Positions 49,461 through 62,387 are shown, counted from the stretch's first letter. The stretch: 64,000 nt of DNA from an uncultured Deinococcales bacterium (GCA_964247135.1 CAXTTL010000004.1:2146-66145); one strand, 5' to 3'. Made by a program: numbers and translations. Notes: generated from the sequence alone by a model not told the origin.

Positions 49461-51089
49461 ATGAAAGAAAAATTTCTCAAAATCTACGATCATAACGACT
49501 TGTCTAATTTTTTTGGCATGAGCTACAAAGAACTTTCTGCAATTATTTATCCATATAATGAAGCCAGAAAGTATCATAGCTTCTCAATTCAAAAACGAAA
49601 CGGTGGTATTCGGACTATAAAAGAACCTAAGAAAAAACTGAAAGATATTCAGTTTCTTTTGAAAAATGTTTTGTCGGAGATTTACGTTGCAAAAACGCCT
49701 GTACATGGTTTTTGTTATGGTAAAAGTATTGTCACAAACGCAAAAATGCACCTAAATAAAAAATTCATTTTGAATATTGATCTAAGTGACTTTTTTGGAA
49801 CAATTTATTTTGGGCGCGTAAAACGACTTTTCATGGCAAAACCGTTTGGATTTATGGAAAATGTTGCCACCATTCTTGCTCATATATGCTGCTTTGAGAA
49901 TAGCCTGCCACAAGGAGCACCTACATCACCAATCATCTCAAACATGATCGCTTTCAAAATGGATGCCCAACTGCGAGATTTGGCAATGCAGTGCCAAGCA
50001 ACCTACACACGATATGCAGATGACATAACTTTCTCGTTTACCTGTTCTAAAAGACGTTTACCTCCGAAAATTGTGGCTATTGATCAAGGAATCATTAGAT
50101 TGGGCGAAGTGCTTGAGAAAATTATTCGTGACAATGGTTTTAAGATAAACTTAGAAAAATTAAGATTAGCTGGAATAACTCAAAGATTAGAAGTAACTGG
50201 GATTACAGTTAATAAGTTCACAAATATGCCACGGAAATACGTGCAGCAAATCAAATCTATGTTATACGCATGGGAAAGATTTGAATATGAAGCTGCCGAA
50301 AAAGAATATTTAGAAAAGTATAAAATCACAAAGCGAATATACGAAAGTGAAGAGCCATTTAAGTATGTTGTTAGAGGTAAAATCGCTTTTTTAAAAAGTG
50401 TGCTTGGTGAATCAAGTCGCATTTTTAATGAACTGGCATTACGATTTAATAAGCTTGTCGAAGAAGAGTTTCTAAAATTTTATATTCCTAATAATTTTAA
50501 ACCAAGAGTCGATGTAATATCCTCACTTTGGATTATTGAAACTGAAAATTTTCAAGGAACTGGATTTGATTTAGATGGTTTTGGAGTTATTACTTGCGCA
50601 CATGTAATTGGGGATTTAAAAGACAAAAATATAATTTATGAGAATATTGAAGCTTACAAAATTACCGACCCAACGAAAATATACAAAGTAACAGTTATCC
50701 AGCACGACATCAACCTTGATCTTGCCACCTGCACGCTTCAAACTGATTCAGGAGGCTCTGCTCCACATACCCCAATGCGAATTTCTGAAATAGAACCTTA
50801 CCCCTTTCAAGAGGTAATTCTTTATGGTTTTCCCAATTATGCCCCTGGGAAAAAGCTATTCCAGGCTGATTTTAAAATAACTTCCACTAATCAAACAAAA
50901 TCTAATTTTAATTTTCAACGATTTGAGGTGGATAAGACGATACGTGCTGGTAATAGTGGAGGACCTTTAATTGATGTTCACGGCGATGTTATTGGAATCG
51001 CTGTTGAGGGTCAAGAAGGACTTTCAGGACAGAATGCGGCTGTGTATGCTAGCGAGTTAGTTAAAGTGTTCAGATCAAATTCGGAATAA
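49461..51089 (+). CDS. retron reverse transcriptase fused to a C-terminal trypsin-like serine protease
   Basis: RT: KRNGGIRTI, NAKMH (NAxxH), IDLSDFF, LPQGAPTSP, YTRYADD, VTG. Protease: GTGF, TCAHV, DLA, GNSGGP. Confidence 0.92.
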   Translation: MKEKFLKIYDHNDLSNFFGMSYKELSAIIYPYNEARKYHSFSIQKRNGGIRTIKEPKKKLKDIQFLLKNVLSEIYVAKTPVHGFCYGKSIVTNAKMHLNKKFILNIDLSDFFGTIYFGRVKRLFMAKPFGFMENVATILAHICCFENSLPQGAPTSPIISNMIAFKMDAQLRDLAMQCQATYTRYADDITFSFTCSKRRLPPKIVAIDQGIIRLGEVLEKIIRDNGFKINLEKLRLAGITQRLEVTGITVNKFTNMPRKYVQQIKSMLYAWERFEYEAAEKEYLEKYKITKRIYESEEPFKYVVRGKIAFLKSVLGESSRIFNELALRFNKLVEEEFLKFYIPNNFKPRVDVISSLWIIETENFQGTGFDLDGFGVITCAHVIGDLKDKNIIYENIEAYKITDPTKIYKVTVIQHDINLDLATCTLQTDSGGSAPHTPMRISEIEPYPFQEVILYGFPNYAPGKKLFQADFKITSTNQTKSNFNFQRFEVDKTIRAGNSGGPLIDVHGDVIGIAVEGQEGLSGQNAAVYASELVKVFRSNSE

Positions 51090-51181
51090 TTTGACACATT
51101 CGCTTTAGTGTAGAGCAACATCCCAAATGTTAAAAATCCGACTCATATTGTACACATGAAATGAGAATGTTATCTGAGCAA

Positions 51182-51346
51182 TCAATTGGCTGGATAATTT
51201 GGCTTTTTGGGCAATTTATTATCTTCAATTTTGCAAGTTGTTACGCGCCCTTGCGACTCACCTTTTGCAATCACAAGGGCTTGATTGGCACTCTCGAGCA
51301 GCATCTTTTCAAGTTTCGGTTTCATCAACTTTTTCTTGGGCATCAT
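51182..51346 (-). CDS. small hypothetical protein, possible antitoxin-like remnant
   Basis: SD AGGAGG, MMPKKKLMKPKLEKMLLESANQALVIAKGE; no HTH seen. Confidence 0.4.
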   Translation of the reverse strand: MMPKKKLMKPKLEKMLLESANQALVIAKGESQGRVTTCKIEDNKLPKKPNYPAN

Positions 51347-51401
51347 GCACCTCCTGACTATTTTACATCCCAAACTTTAACCACCGTTTTCGCCGCCGTA
51401 T

Positions 51402-52712
51402 TCAACGCATCCTCGGAATCTCGAGTACCCCCCTCAATCCGCCCTCTTCAGCTCGAGACAATTCCAACCGTCCATTGTGGCTTTCCATCACGGCATTCAC
51501 CAGCGTTAACCCCAAGCCCGAACCTGGCAGGTGTTGCACCGCCAAACCGCGTTGAAAGGGTTGCCGTAGCCGCTCGAGTTCGAGGGTTGGAATGCCAAGA
51601 CCATCATCTGAAACCTCGAGCCAAGCCTGAAGCTGCGTCGCCCCCGTCCGAATCCAGACGTGACCGCCCTCGCGTCCGTATTTGATGGCATTCTCGAGCA
51701 GGTTGCTGATGGCAAGCCGCAAACCCGAAGGGTCGCCGTGAAGTGCGGCAGGCTCGAGCGTGGATTCGATGCTGATGTGGTGCGCTTGGGCTTTAGGCTC
51801 GAGGAGTTGAATGGCGTCAAACGCCAGTTCGGACAGGTCGAGGGCTTGATGGTTCGCGGCTTGGTCAGCTCTCGCCAGGGTCAGCAGTGAATCCACGGTG
51901 GCGGTCATCTGACGGGCAATCTCATCCGCCTCGAGCAGCGCGGCACGGTAGGTGTCATCGTTGCGGGTTCGCTCGAGGGTCAGGCTGGTGCGTCCAATCA
52001 AGGCTGCCAGTGGCGTGCGGAGTTCGTGCGCTGCGCCCAGCGTGAAGGCTCGTTCGCGTTCGATGGTGTACTCGAGCCGCTCGAGCATGGCGTTGACGGT
52101 GCGGGTCAGGTGTGCCATTTCGTCGTTGCCTGGGGCATTAGGCACGCGATCCGCGTAATGTCCAGACGCCGCAATCTGCGCCGCGAGGGTACTAACCTGA
52201 TCGACGGGACGCAAGGCGCGATCTGCCAGCACATAACCTGCCGCAAAACCGATCAGCAGCAACACGGGCAGCACCACCAACACCACTTGCCCCGCTCGAG
52301 CGATGGTTTTTGCCAACTCGAGTTGTGAACGGGCGGCTTGAATAAAAATATTGCCTGGCAAGGCTTTGGTGAACGTGCGAATCTCAGCGACGGTTTGAAA
52401 TCCTGGCTCGAGTTTGACTTGAACTTTAAAATCGCCAAAACGGTCTAAGAGTTGCCCGTGTTGATCGAAGACCGCCAGCGAGGTCGCCCCCGCTTGACTC
52501 GGTTGGAAACGCTGTCCTTCAGTCTCGAGGCGCGGGTTGCTCTCCTGCCCTCCGAGTTGACTGATGGCAAGATCGGCGGCTTCGCGGAGGGCATCGTCGA
52601 AAGATTGGTACAGGCTTTGGCGCAGCGCAACGAACAAGACCGCCGTGCCGAGCGCCAAGATCAATGCCGAAATCAGCGCGTAAAACAGCGTCAGTTTCAA
52701 ACGCAAACTCAA
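51402..52712 (-). CDS. sensor histidine kinase
   Basis: Two TMs, HAMP, AAHELRTP, NLLENAIKY, DDGLG, GSGLGL. Confidence 0.93.
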   Translation of the reverse strand: MSLRLKLTLFYALISALILALGTAVLFVALRQSLYQSFDDALREAADLAISQLGGQESNPRLETEGQRFQPSQAGATSLAVFDQHGQLLDRFGDFKVQVKLEPGFQTVAEIRTFTKALPGNIFIQAARSQLELAKTIARAGQVVLVVLPVLLLIGFAAGYVLADRALRPVDQVSTLAAQIAASGHYADRVPNAPGNDEMAHLTRTVNAMLERLEYTIERERAFTLGAAHELRTPLAALIGRTSLTLERTRNDDTYRAALLEADEIARQMTATVDSLLTLARADQAANHQALDLSELAFDAIQLLEPKAQAHHISIESTLEPAALHGDPSGLRLAISNLLENAIKYGREGGHVWIRTGATQLQAWLEVSDDGLGIPTLELERLRQPFQRGLAVQHLPGSGLGLTLVNAVMESHNGRLELSRAEEGGLRGVLEIPRMR

Positions 52713-53398
52713 GGTTGCTTCCCAAGCTCGAGCCGTCCGAGGCGATAACCGATGCCGCGCACGGTTTCGATCACATCCGCGCCAAGTTTGCGGCGGAGCG
52801 TCGAGACAAAAACATCGACGGCTTTAAAATCGACCTCGCTGCCCTCAGACCAGACCCGTTCAATCAGGCTCGAGCGGCTGTACGCCCGTCCTGGGGTCAG
52901 TGCCAGACACTCGAGCAGGGTGTACTCGCGTGGTGTCAGCGGGGCGCGTTCGCCATCGCGGGTAACTTCGTGCGCCTCGAGATCAAGCATTAAACCTTGA
53001 GGCAGGTTGACCAAGTTGCTGGCTTCGCCTTTGGAGCGCCTTACAAGAGCGCGAACTCGAGCACGCAATTCTCTGAAGTCAAAAGGTTTGGTCAGGTAAT
53101 CGTCGCCGCCCGTGTCCAATCCCTCGAGTTTGGAATCCATGTCGCTGCGGGCGGTCAAAAAGAGAATCGGGGTTTTGTCAGTGCGGTTTCGCAAAGCGCG
53201 AGCCAGCTCAAAACCCGCCTCACGACCTTCGGGCAGCATCACGTCCAAAATCAGCAAATCATAGTTCTCGAGCCGTGCCATGCCATCACCGACGCTGGCG
53301 TTTGGGGCGTGATCGATCAGCAAGCCATCTTCGCTCAAGCCCTCGAGCATTAAACGGCTCAAGCGTGGGTCATCTTCGACGAGCAGCAATCGCATCAT
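52709..53398 (-). CDS. OmpR family response regulator
   Basis: LLVEDD, ILDVMLP, DDYLTKPF, ETVRGIGY. Confidence 0.95.
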   Translation of the reverse strand: MMRLLLVEDDPRLSRLMLEGLSEDGLLIDHAPNASVGDGMARLENYDLLILDVMLPEGREAGFELARALRNRTDKTPILFLTARSDMDSKLEGLDTGGDDYLTKPFDFRELRARVRALVRRSKGEASNLVNLPQGLMLDLEAHEVTRDGERAPLTPREYTLLECLALTPGRAYSRSSLIERVWSEGSEVDFKAVDVFVSTLRRKLGADVIETVRGIGYRLGRLELGKQP

Positions 53399-53587
53399 GC
53401 CTCCGTTTCTCGAGCTTTGCTCATGCTAAGGCACTTGGGTTTGGAAAGCGTAAAGATGATCGGTCTTTACTTTTCCAAACCAAAACCCAACCTTTCCAGA
53501 CTGAAACCAAACTTTCAAGGTTCAGATTGAACGTCATCAGGCAAGTGTTGAAGCTCGAGCCAACACCACCCGATTTGGAGGTAAACC

Positions 53588-54295
53588 ATGAAACCCATCC
53601 GCGCTTTAAGCATTGTGATTGGTTGTTGCGGCATTGCGTTCTCGGCACAAAACACCCAAACGTATGCGCCCAAGATTGATCCCGCCAATTTTGTCACCAC
53701 AATAGACAACCCGTACTTTCCACTCACTCCAGGCACGACCAAAATTTTTGAGGGCAAGACCGATGCGGGTTTTGAACACGAAGAAATGAAAGTCACAAGT
53801 GACACCAAAGTCATCATGGGCGTGACTTGCGTGACCGTGATCGACACCGTGACGCTGGCAGGCAAGCTCGAGGAAGCCACCACCGATTGGTACGCCCAGG
53901 ACAAGCAAGGCAACGTCTGGTACTTTGGCGAGGATTCCAAAGCCTACAAAGATGGCAAGGTTGTCAGTACCAAAGGATCGTGGACGGCGGGAGTGAACGG
54001 GGCGCTGCCTGGTTACATCATGAAAACCCAACCCGCACTGAACGAAACCTACCGTCAGGAATACCAAAAAGGCGAAGCCGAAGACTGGGCAACGATCCTC
54101 AGTCTCAACGAATCCGCCACCGTTCCAGTGGGTGCCTACAAAAATGTTCGGATGACCAAAGAATGGTCGGCGCTCGAGAATCCACCAGTTTTTGAATACA
54201 AATACTACGCCAAAGGCATCGGGCAGATCATGACCAAGGGCGGCATGGGCAAGAACAGTTGGAAAGTATCACTGCTCGAGATTCAGAACAAATAA
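53588..54295 (+). CDS. secreted hypothetical protein
   Basis: Signal peptide; IDNPYFPL.PG, DWYAQDK.GNVWYFGE, YYAKGIG; divergent from the two-component system. Confidence 0.7.
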   Translation: MKPIRALSIVIGCCGIAFSAQNTQTYAPKIDPANFVTTIDNPYFPLTPGTTKIFEGKTDAGFEHEEMKVTSDTKVIMGVTCVTVIDTVTLAGKLEEATTDWYAQDKQGNVWYFGEDSKAYKDGKVVSTKGSWTAGVNGALPGYIMKTQPALNETYRQEYQKGEAEDWATILSLNESATVPVGAYKNVRMTKEWSALENPPVFEYKYYAKGIGQIMTKGGMGKNSWKVSLLEIQNK

Positions 54296-54310
54296 ATCTC
54301 GAGCTTCATC

Positions 54311-54343
54311 AAGACGCAAGCCCAAAACCTTGCGTCTTTTTTT
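54311..54343 (+). terminator. intrinsic terminator
   Basis: AAGACGCAAG..CTTGCGTCTT followed by T-run. Confidence 0.75.
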
Positions 54344-54453
54344 GTGGTTCAGGCTCGAGAAATGCGCTTTGGTGCGTTATCAACAACTCGAGTTGACCTC
54401 TAGACACCTGAATACCCCGTCATCACACTCGGGTGCTATCATCCAAACGTTAA

Positions 54454-55536
<1,083 letters not shown>

Positions 55537-55589
55537 GCATTAACTCGTCTGGGGATAAGAAAATGTTCCTCGAGAATCAACAATTGCTA

Positions 55590-55630
55590 CCCTCATCCCC
55601 AACCCTTCTCCCAACATCAGGAGAAGGGAG
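55590..55630. repeat. REP-like palindromic element
   Basis: CCCTCATCCCCAACCCTTCTCCC..GGAGAAGGGAG. Confidence 0.6.
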
Positions 55631-55762
55631 TTTTATTCCCTAGCACAGCTAGGCTCGAGGGTTTGTCCTTCTCCCTTCAACGAAGCTGACTGATGGAGGG
55701 CTTCAGATGAAGTACAGAGCGTTATTCTCGAGATCGCCAAAAAAGCTTTTTGGAGGTTAATT

Positions 55763-56926
55763 ATGAAAAACCTAGAATCTTTAGATGTTGCAGGCAAACG
55801 AGTGCTTGTGCGCGTGGATTACAACGTGCCAATCGAAAACGGTGTGATCGAAGACGACACCCGCATCACCGCCAGCTTGCCAACTGTCAATTATCTTCTC
55901 GAGCACGGCGCGAGCGTGATTTTGATGTCGCACCTGGGGCGACCAAAGGGTGTGGATGACAAATTCCGTCTCGCGCCTGTGGCGGCGCAACTCGAGAAAG
56001 TCCTGGGCAAACCCGTCAAATATATTTCTTCAAAACCCGCCAGCCTCGAGACGGCAAAAGCACTTGAAGGCATCAAACCAGGCGAGGTGGCGTTGCTCGA
56101 GAACGTGCGTTTTGAAGCTGGCGAGGAGAAAAACGATCCTGAACTCAACCGTGCTTTGGCTGCCTTGGGCGATGCGTTCGTGCTCGATGCCTTCGGAAGT
56201 GCTCACCGTGCGCACTCGAGCGTGTCGGGCGTGGCTGGATTGCTCCCGCACGCGGGCGGCATTCTGCTCGAGGCTGAAGTCAAAGCGCTGGGCAAGCTGA
56301 CCGAAAACCCTGTCGCGCCGTACATTGTGATTATCGGCGGGGCGAAAGTTTCAGACAAACTCAAAGTCATCGAAAACCTGCTGCCCAAAGTGGATCGGAT
56401 GCTGATCGGTGGCGGCATGGCGTACACGTTCGTCAAAGCCACGGGCGGCAAGATCGGCAAGAGCATTCACGAAGACGATTATTTGGACACCGCCAAACGC
56501 TTGCTCGAGCAATACCCAGGCAAGATCGTGCTGCCCTCCGATTCTCTGGCGGGCGATGCGTTTAGCAACGACGCGAACACCAAAGTCTTCCCCACCAACG
56601 ACATTCCCGACGACTGGGAAGGCATGGACATTGGACCCGACAGCATCAAAGCCTTCTCGAGTGCGCTCGAGGGTGCAAAGACCGTTTTTTGGAACGGACC
56701 GATGGGCGTCTTTGAATTCGAGAAATTCGCCACAGGCACAAACGCCATCGCCAAAGTCGTCGCCGAACTTCAAGGCGCGTACACCGTCATTGGCGGTGGT
56801 GACAGCGTCAGCGCGATTCATCAAAGTGGACAAGCCGACAAGATCAGCCACATTTCCACCGGTGGCGGCGCGAGCCTCGAGCTTCTGGAAGGCAAGATTT
56901 TGCCTGGTGTTGCAGCACTCGATTAA
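55763..56926 (+). CDS. pgk: phosphoglycerate kinase
   Basis: [39 protein letters not shown]. Confidence 0.97.
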   Translation: MKNLESLDVAGKRVLVRVDYNVPIENGVIEDDTRITASLPTVNYLLEHGASVILMSHLGRPKGVDDKFRLAPVAAQLEKVLGKPVKYISSKPASLETAKALEGIKPGEVALLENVRFEAGEEKNDPELNRALAALGDAFVLDAFGSAHRAHSSVSGVAGLLPHAGGILLEAEVKALGKLTENPVAPYIVIIGGAKVSDKLKVIENLLPKVDRMLIGGGMAYTFVKATGGKIGKSIHEDDYLDTAKRLLEQYPGKIVLPSDSLAGDAFSNDANTKVFPTNDIPDDWEGMDIGPDSIKAFSSALEGAKTVFWNGPMGVFEFEKFATGTNAIAKVVAELQGAYTVIGGGDSVSAIHQSGQADKISHISTGGGASLELLEGKILPGVAALD

Positions 56927-56978
56927 GTTTTACTCTCTTCAGAACGCTGTATATTAGCTTCTCGAGAAACGACTTGAA

Positions 56979-57019
56979 CTCCCTTCTCTCCACGGAGAGA
57001 AGGGCTGGGGATGAGAGGG
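56979..57019. repeat. REP-like palindromic element (opposite orientation)
   Basis: CTCCCTTCTCTCCACGGAGAGAAGGGCTGGGGATGAGAGGG. Confidence 0.6.
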
Positions 57020-57025
57020 AAAAGC

Positions 57026-57331
57026 ATGGTCACTTGTTATCTCGAGTATGAAATCGACCCGTACAAGCTCGAGGATTTCGAGCGTTACGCGAAACTCTGG
57101 ATTCCGTTGGTGAACGCGATGGGCGGCAAGCATCACGGTTATTTTCTGCCGTTTGAGAGCGGCAACACCATTGCTTACGCGCTGTTCAGTTTCCCGAGTT
57201 TGGCGGCTTACGAAACCTACCGGCTGAAAATCCCCTTCGACCCGCATTGCCAAGCCGCGATCAAACTTGCCGAGGACACGCGCTGCATCGTGAAGTACGA
57301 ACGGCGTTTCATGCGACCCGTGCTCGAGTAA
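57026..57331 (+). CDS. NIPSNAP family protein
   Basis: Y.IDP.K...FE.YA..W, HHGYFLP.E, FSFPSLAAYE.YR. Confidence 0.85.
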   Translation: MVTCYLEYEIDPYKLEDFERYAKLWIPLVNAMGGKHHGYFLPFESGNTIAYALFSFPSLAAYETYRLKIPFDPHCQAAIKLAEDTRCIVKYERRFMRPVLE

Positions 57332-57351
57332 GGGTTCGAGAAAGGTTTGAA

Positions 57352-57702
57352 ATGGGCGAATCTGTTGTTGTTGAAAACCTGAACGAATACCAACGCCTCT
57401 CGAGGAAAACCGCACAATTGGTCAAAACCGATCACCCAATTGTCTACCCGACGCTTGGCTTAACCAACGAAGCAGGCGAATTTGCGGGCAAAGTCAAAAA
57501 GATTTTCCGCGACAAAAACGGCGTGATCGACGATGCCGACCGCGAGGCTTTAAAGCAAGAATTGGGCGATGTGCTCTGGTATTTGGCGCAAATCGCCACC
57601 GAACTTGGGGTGACGCTCGAGGATGTGGCGAGCAGCAATTTGACCAAATTGTTTGACCGACTCGAGCGGGATCAGATTAAAGGTTCGGGGGACAATCGGT
57701 AG
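57352..57702 (+). CDS. MazG-like nucleoside triphosphate pyrophosphohydrolase
   Basis: LNEYQ, LGLTNEAGE..KVKK, ELGDVLWY, N..KL..R. Confidence 0.88.
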   Translation: MGESVVVENLNEYQRLSRKTAQLVKTDHPIVYPTLGLTNEAGEFAGKVKKIFRDKNGVIDDADREALKQELGDVLWYLAQIATELGVTLEDVASSNLTKLFDRLERDQIKGSGDNR

Positions 57703-57706
57703 AGCA

Positions 57707-58348
57707 TTAGTCGTATTGTAGACAGCCATAAAACCAATTGTGCGCAATTGAATCAAAACCGAATTGGATTTCCTGAGCACCCGTATAAATCACTTTTGGC
57801 AGTTTATTTTTTGAACTGTAAAGATAGCCGCATCTTCCAAACAAGAATCCAGAGTTCCAAAAAAAGACCAGTATATTTTCATCAGTTCCCATCAATTGAA
57901 CTCGCTCACTTTGGACACCACCAAGATAAAAGAACTGTACAGGTAAACTCACTTCAGCAAACGCATCTGACTGAGAATCACTTGGGAATTCCTGATTTGC
58001 AACGCGCCTAGCAACCTCTGCAAATGATCCTTGGAAAGTCTTAAACCTAATGGTGACCGCTTTTTGGTTCAAAAACAGAAGCGGAAAGGCGGTCACGATC
58101 AAAAACAAAACTGGGATAAAAACAAGCCATCTCTTCAAACGAAATCCCAAAAATCCGCGCACCACAAAAACAAAAACTGCAACAACATGGACAAGAAATG
58201 CCAATCCAAGCAAGATAAATCGAACGATCCAACCCAAAACAAAATCCCCAATAAATATCCAAGTAACAATCATCAGGAACTCGAAGGCTATCAATCCAAG
58301 AACGCCAAACATATCACTTCGAGAACCAAAAGCACTTTCCCATTTCAT
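57707..58348 (-). CDS. AT-rich hypothetical membrane protein
   Basis: Three hydrophobic helices then a soluble domain; start 58348 or 58372. Confidence 0.6.
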   Translation of the reverse strand: MKWESAFGSRSDMFGVLGLIAFEFLMIVTWIFIGDFVLGWIVRFILLGLAFLVHVVAVFVFVVRGFLGFRLKRWLVFIPVLFLIVTAFPLLFLNQKAVTIRFKTFQGSFAEVARRVANQEFPSDSQSDAFAEVSLPVQFFYLGGVQSERVQLMGTDENILVFFWNSGFLFGRCGYLYSSKNKLPKVIYTGAQEIQFGFDSIAHNWFYGCLQYD

Positions 58349-58478
58349 TCTCGAACCTCGAGCCTCTTGCATGACCCCAGCTTAACGGGCAATTATGACG
58401 CCGCACTCATCAAAAGTCTGTTTTTAGAGCTTCTCCTCGATTCGTCAGTTAAAATACTTTCACTCGAGGAGGAATTTT

Positions 58479-59216
58479 GTGGCTAAACTTTTGATCGTCG
58501 AAGACGAACCAGAATTGGGTTCGCTTTTACAGCAACACCTGCAAGGCGAGGGACACACGGTGCAACTCGAGCGTGATGGCAGAAACGCCCTCGAATCGTG
58601 CCGGTTTACAACGTTTGACCTGATTATTCTGGATTTGATGCTGCCAGGATTGGACGGCTTGGAGGTCGCACGGCGCATTCGGCAACCTCGAGTGCCATTG
58701 AACAACGTCTCGTTTGAAAGCGCGGGTTTGGAGCACGCCACGAGCGCCACCGTGCCGATTTTGATGCTGACGGCTCGAGCCGAAGAGTCAGACCGCGTGC
58801 TGGGTTTTGAAGTTGGCGCGGATGATTACATTGCCAAACCGTTCAGCTTGCGTGAAATGCTGGCTCGGGTGCGTGCGATGTTGCGCCGTTCGCAAATCAC
58901 CAAAGAAGCCACCGCCGCCAGCGTCGAGGTGATTCGGCTGGGCAAACTCGAGATTGATCTGGCGGCACGGTCTGTGAAAATAGGCAGCACCGTAACCGAC
59001 TTGACACCTCGAGAGTACGATTTGCTGCTCATGCTGGCGCATCATCCTGGGCGCACCTTCTCACGGGATTATTTGCTCGAACGGATTTGGGGAACAAGTT
59101 TTGAAGGCTCTGACCGTGTGGTGGACACGACTGTGGTTCGGTTGCGCCGCAAGTTGCTCGAGGAGGGCGAGCGCGTGGTCAGCGTTTGGGGTGTCGGATA
59201 CCGTCTGGACTCTTGA
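58479..59216 (+). CDS. OmpR family response regulator
   Basis: LLIVEDE, LDLMLPG.DG, GADDY..KPF, SVWGVGY; ~20-aa insertion in the receiver domain. Confidence 0.92.
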   Translation: MAKLLIVEDEPELGSLLQQHLQGEGHTVQLERDGRNALESCRFTTFDLIILDLMLPGLDGLEVARRIRQPRVPLNNVSFESAGLEHATSATVPILMLTARAEESDRVLGFEVGADDYIAKPFSLREMLARVRAMLRRSQITKEATAASVEVIRLGKLEIDLAARSVKIGSTVTDLTPREYDLLLMLAHHPGRTFSRDYLLERIWGTSFEGSDRVVDTTVVRLRRKLLEEGERVVSVWGVGYRLDS

Positions 59217-59273
59217 ACTACACTTGCTACCCTACAACTCGAGTAGACTCGAGGCGAATAGAGGAGGCTCGAG

Positions 59274-59468
59274 ATGATCAACACTGTTCGCAACGTGATC
59301 GGTTTTGTTTGCGTGTTTATAGGCTTTATTTGGATTTTTCAAGGTCTGGGTGTCATCAAAGGTAGTTTCATGACTGGCTCGAGTTTTTGGGGGATCGTGG
59401 GCGTGATTGTAGGGTTAATTGGTGGAGGCTTGCTCTCGAAGATTGGGCGCTCGAAAAACGACCCGTAA
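59274..59468 (+). CDS. small two-TM membrane protein
   Basis: SD GGAGG; G.IWI.QG.G.I.GSFMTG. Confidence 0.65.
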   Translation: MINTVRNVIGFVCVFIGFIWIFQGLGVIKGSFMTGSSFWGIVGVIVGLIGGGLLSKIGRSKNDP

Positions 59469-59491
59469 ATTCGTAGGTCTGAGACCATCCC

Positions 59492-60268
59492 CTACACCAT
59501 CCCCATCGCAGTTTCGGTCAACAATGTGTCAAAACCCGAGGCTTTTCTCAAGACGCTCGAGTTCAATTTCGCGGCTTTGTTTTGGGTTTCCAGATTCGGC
59601 TCGAGCATCGTGATGATGGCGGGTATTTTCAGGTTTGAAGCTCGCATTTCGGCAATCAATCCTAGACCGTCCACGCCACCAGGCTCGAGGGTTGTGACAA
59701 CCAGTTGCACGCCACCATCACCCAAACGCTCTAAAGTCAAATCCAAACTCGAGAAGACCTCGACCCTAAAACCAGCCCGCTCGAGTTGCTGGCGTTGCAC
59801 GAGTTGCCCGGTTTGCGAAGGCTCGAGTAGCAACACCAGTTTTTGAGGTTTGAGGCTGGGTGTTTGAACAACTGGAACACTGGCAATCACCCCACTGGCA
59901 CGACTGCGCAAGGCATCCAACAACGACTGAATTTCGGCACTTGGGTTCTCGAGCGTCGGTTCGGTTCTGACAATCTGACGCAAGGTATCCACGGCTTTTA
60001 ACAACAACGATGTCGTGTTCGCCTCGAGCGTTTCGCCACCGTCACGCAGTCGCCCCAACACATCCTCGAGCGCGTGCGTGATTTGCTTCATGACTTTCAA
60101 CTCGAGCATTCCCGCGCCGCCCTTGATGGTGTGCGCGTTCAAGAACAAACCCCGTACCAAGTTGGCATCACTGGGGTCACGCTCGAGCGCCAGCAAACCC
60201 TGATCTAGATGCTCGAGGTTTTCTTCGGTCTCGATTCGGAATTCCTCGAGAAAGGCGGAAATGTCCAT
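59492..60268 (-). CDS. Hpt (CheA P1-like) plus degenerate receiver domain protein
   Basis: AHTIKGGAGML..H.LED; C-terminal REC-like region lacking canonical Asp residues. Confidence 0.75.
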   Translation of the reverse strand: MDISAFLEEFRIETEENLEHLDQGLLALERDPSDANLVRGLFLNAHTIKGGAGMLELKVMKQITHALEDVLGRLRDGGETLEANTTSLLLKAVDTLRQIVRTEPTLENPSAEIQSLLDALRSRASGVIASVPVVQTPSLKPQKLVLLLEPSQTGQLVQRQQLERAGFRVEVFSSLDLTLERLGDGGVQLVVTTLEPGGVDGLGLIAEMRASNLKIPAIITMLEPNLETQNKAAKLNSSVLRKASGFDTLLTETAMGMV

Positions 60269-60342
60269 TGGCTTATTGTGGCATGAAAAAGATGCTTAGA
60301 AGAGGAAAAAGCTCGAGCTTTTGAAAACTCGAGCATCAAAAA

Positions 60343-61866
<1,524 letters not shown>

Positions 61867-61964
61867 TCATCGTGAACCCCGCACATCGGCAACGGGTACA
61901 CTCGAGCCTCAATTCGAGTTGAACCAGACGTAACAAACGCAAATGAACTTTTCAAACCCCGAGT

Positions 61965-62312
61965 TTGTTGCATACTGAAGGTGTGGTTGTCCTCGAGAAT
62001 TACCAAGTCCGTTCCGCAGGTGTGTCATTTGAAGTCATCGCTGGACGCATCAAAACGCTCGACCTTGCCAACAACGAGGTCAGCGGCTATTTTGAACTGG
62101 TGGACGGTGTGCAAATCCCACGCGGTTTACCAGGCTTAAGAATTGAAGGTGAACTCAAACTCGAGGTGAAATCGCTCTCGAGCGTGATCGCTTCCAGTGG
62201 TAAACGCCGGTATCGTTTTGTGGCGACCTGTGCGCCCGAGGTGGTCAGTTTGTTGGATTTGATGATGAATTCGGCGAAGCATCCGACGGTACTCGATGAC
62301 ATGATGCGTTAA
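61965..62312 (+). CDS. hypothetical protein
   Basis: ORF with genome-typical composition ending at the terminator; start uncertain. Confidence 0.5.
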   Translation: MLHTEGVVVLENYQVRSAGVSFEVIAGRIKTLDLANNEVSGYFELVDGVQIPRGLPGLRIEGELKLEVKSLSSVIASSGKRRYRFVATCAPEVVSLLDLMMNSAKHPTVLDDMMR

Positions 62313-62324
62313 ATTTTTGAAATC

Positions 62325-62360
62325 AAGAGACCCTCGAGTTTTAAAGCTCGAGGGTCTCTT
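62325..62360. terminator. bidirectional terminator with CTCGAG in both arms
   Basis: AAGAGACCCTCGAG ... CTCGAGGGTCTCTT between the convergent ORF and tRNA-Glu. Confidence 0.75.
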
Positions 62361-62387
62361 TGTGGTCGCGTTTTTCATCACGCGGGT

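Noticed and set aside
49461..51089. RT as group II intron, DGR or CRISPR-associated RT
   Set aside because: It has retron NAxxH and VTG motifs and a short upstream inverted-repeat RNA; I saw no intron-sized flanks, TR/VR repeat pair or cas genes
51161..51685. Plus-strand ORF as a separate retron effector
   Set aside because: Overlaps the kinase antisense, has no motifs, and the effector is already fused to the RT
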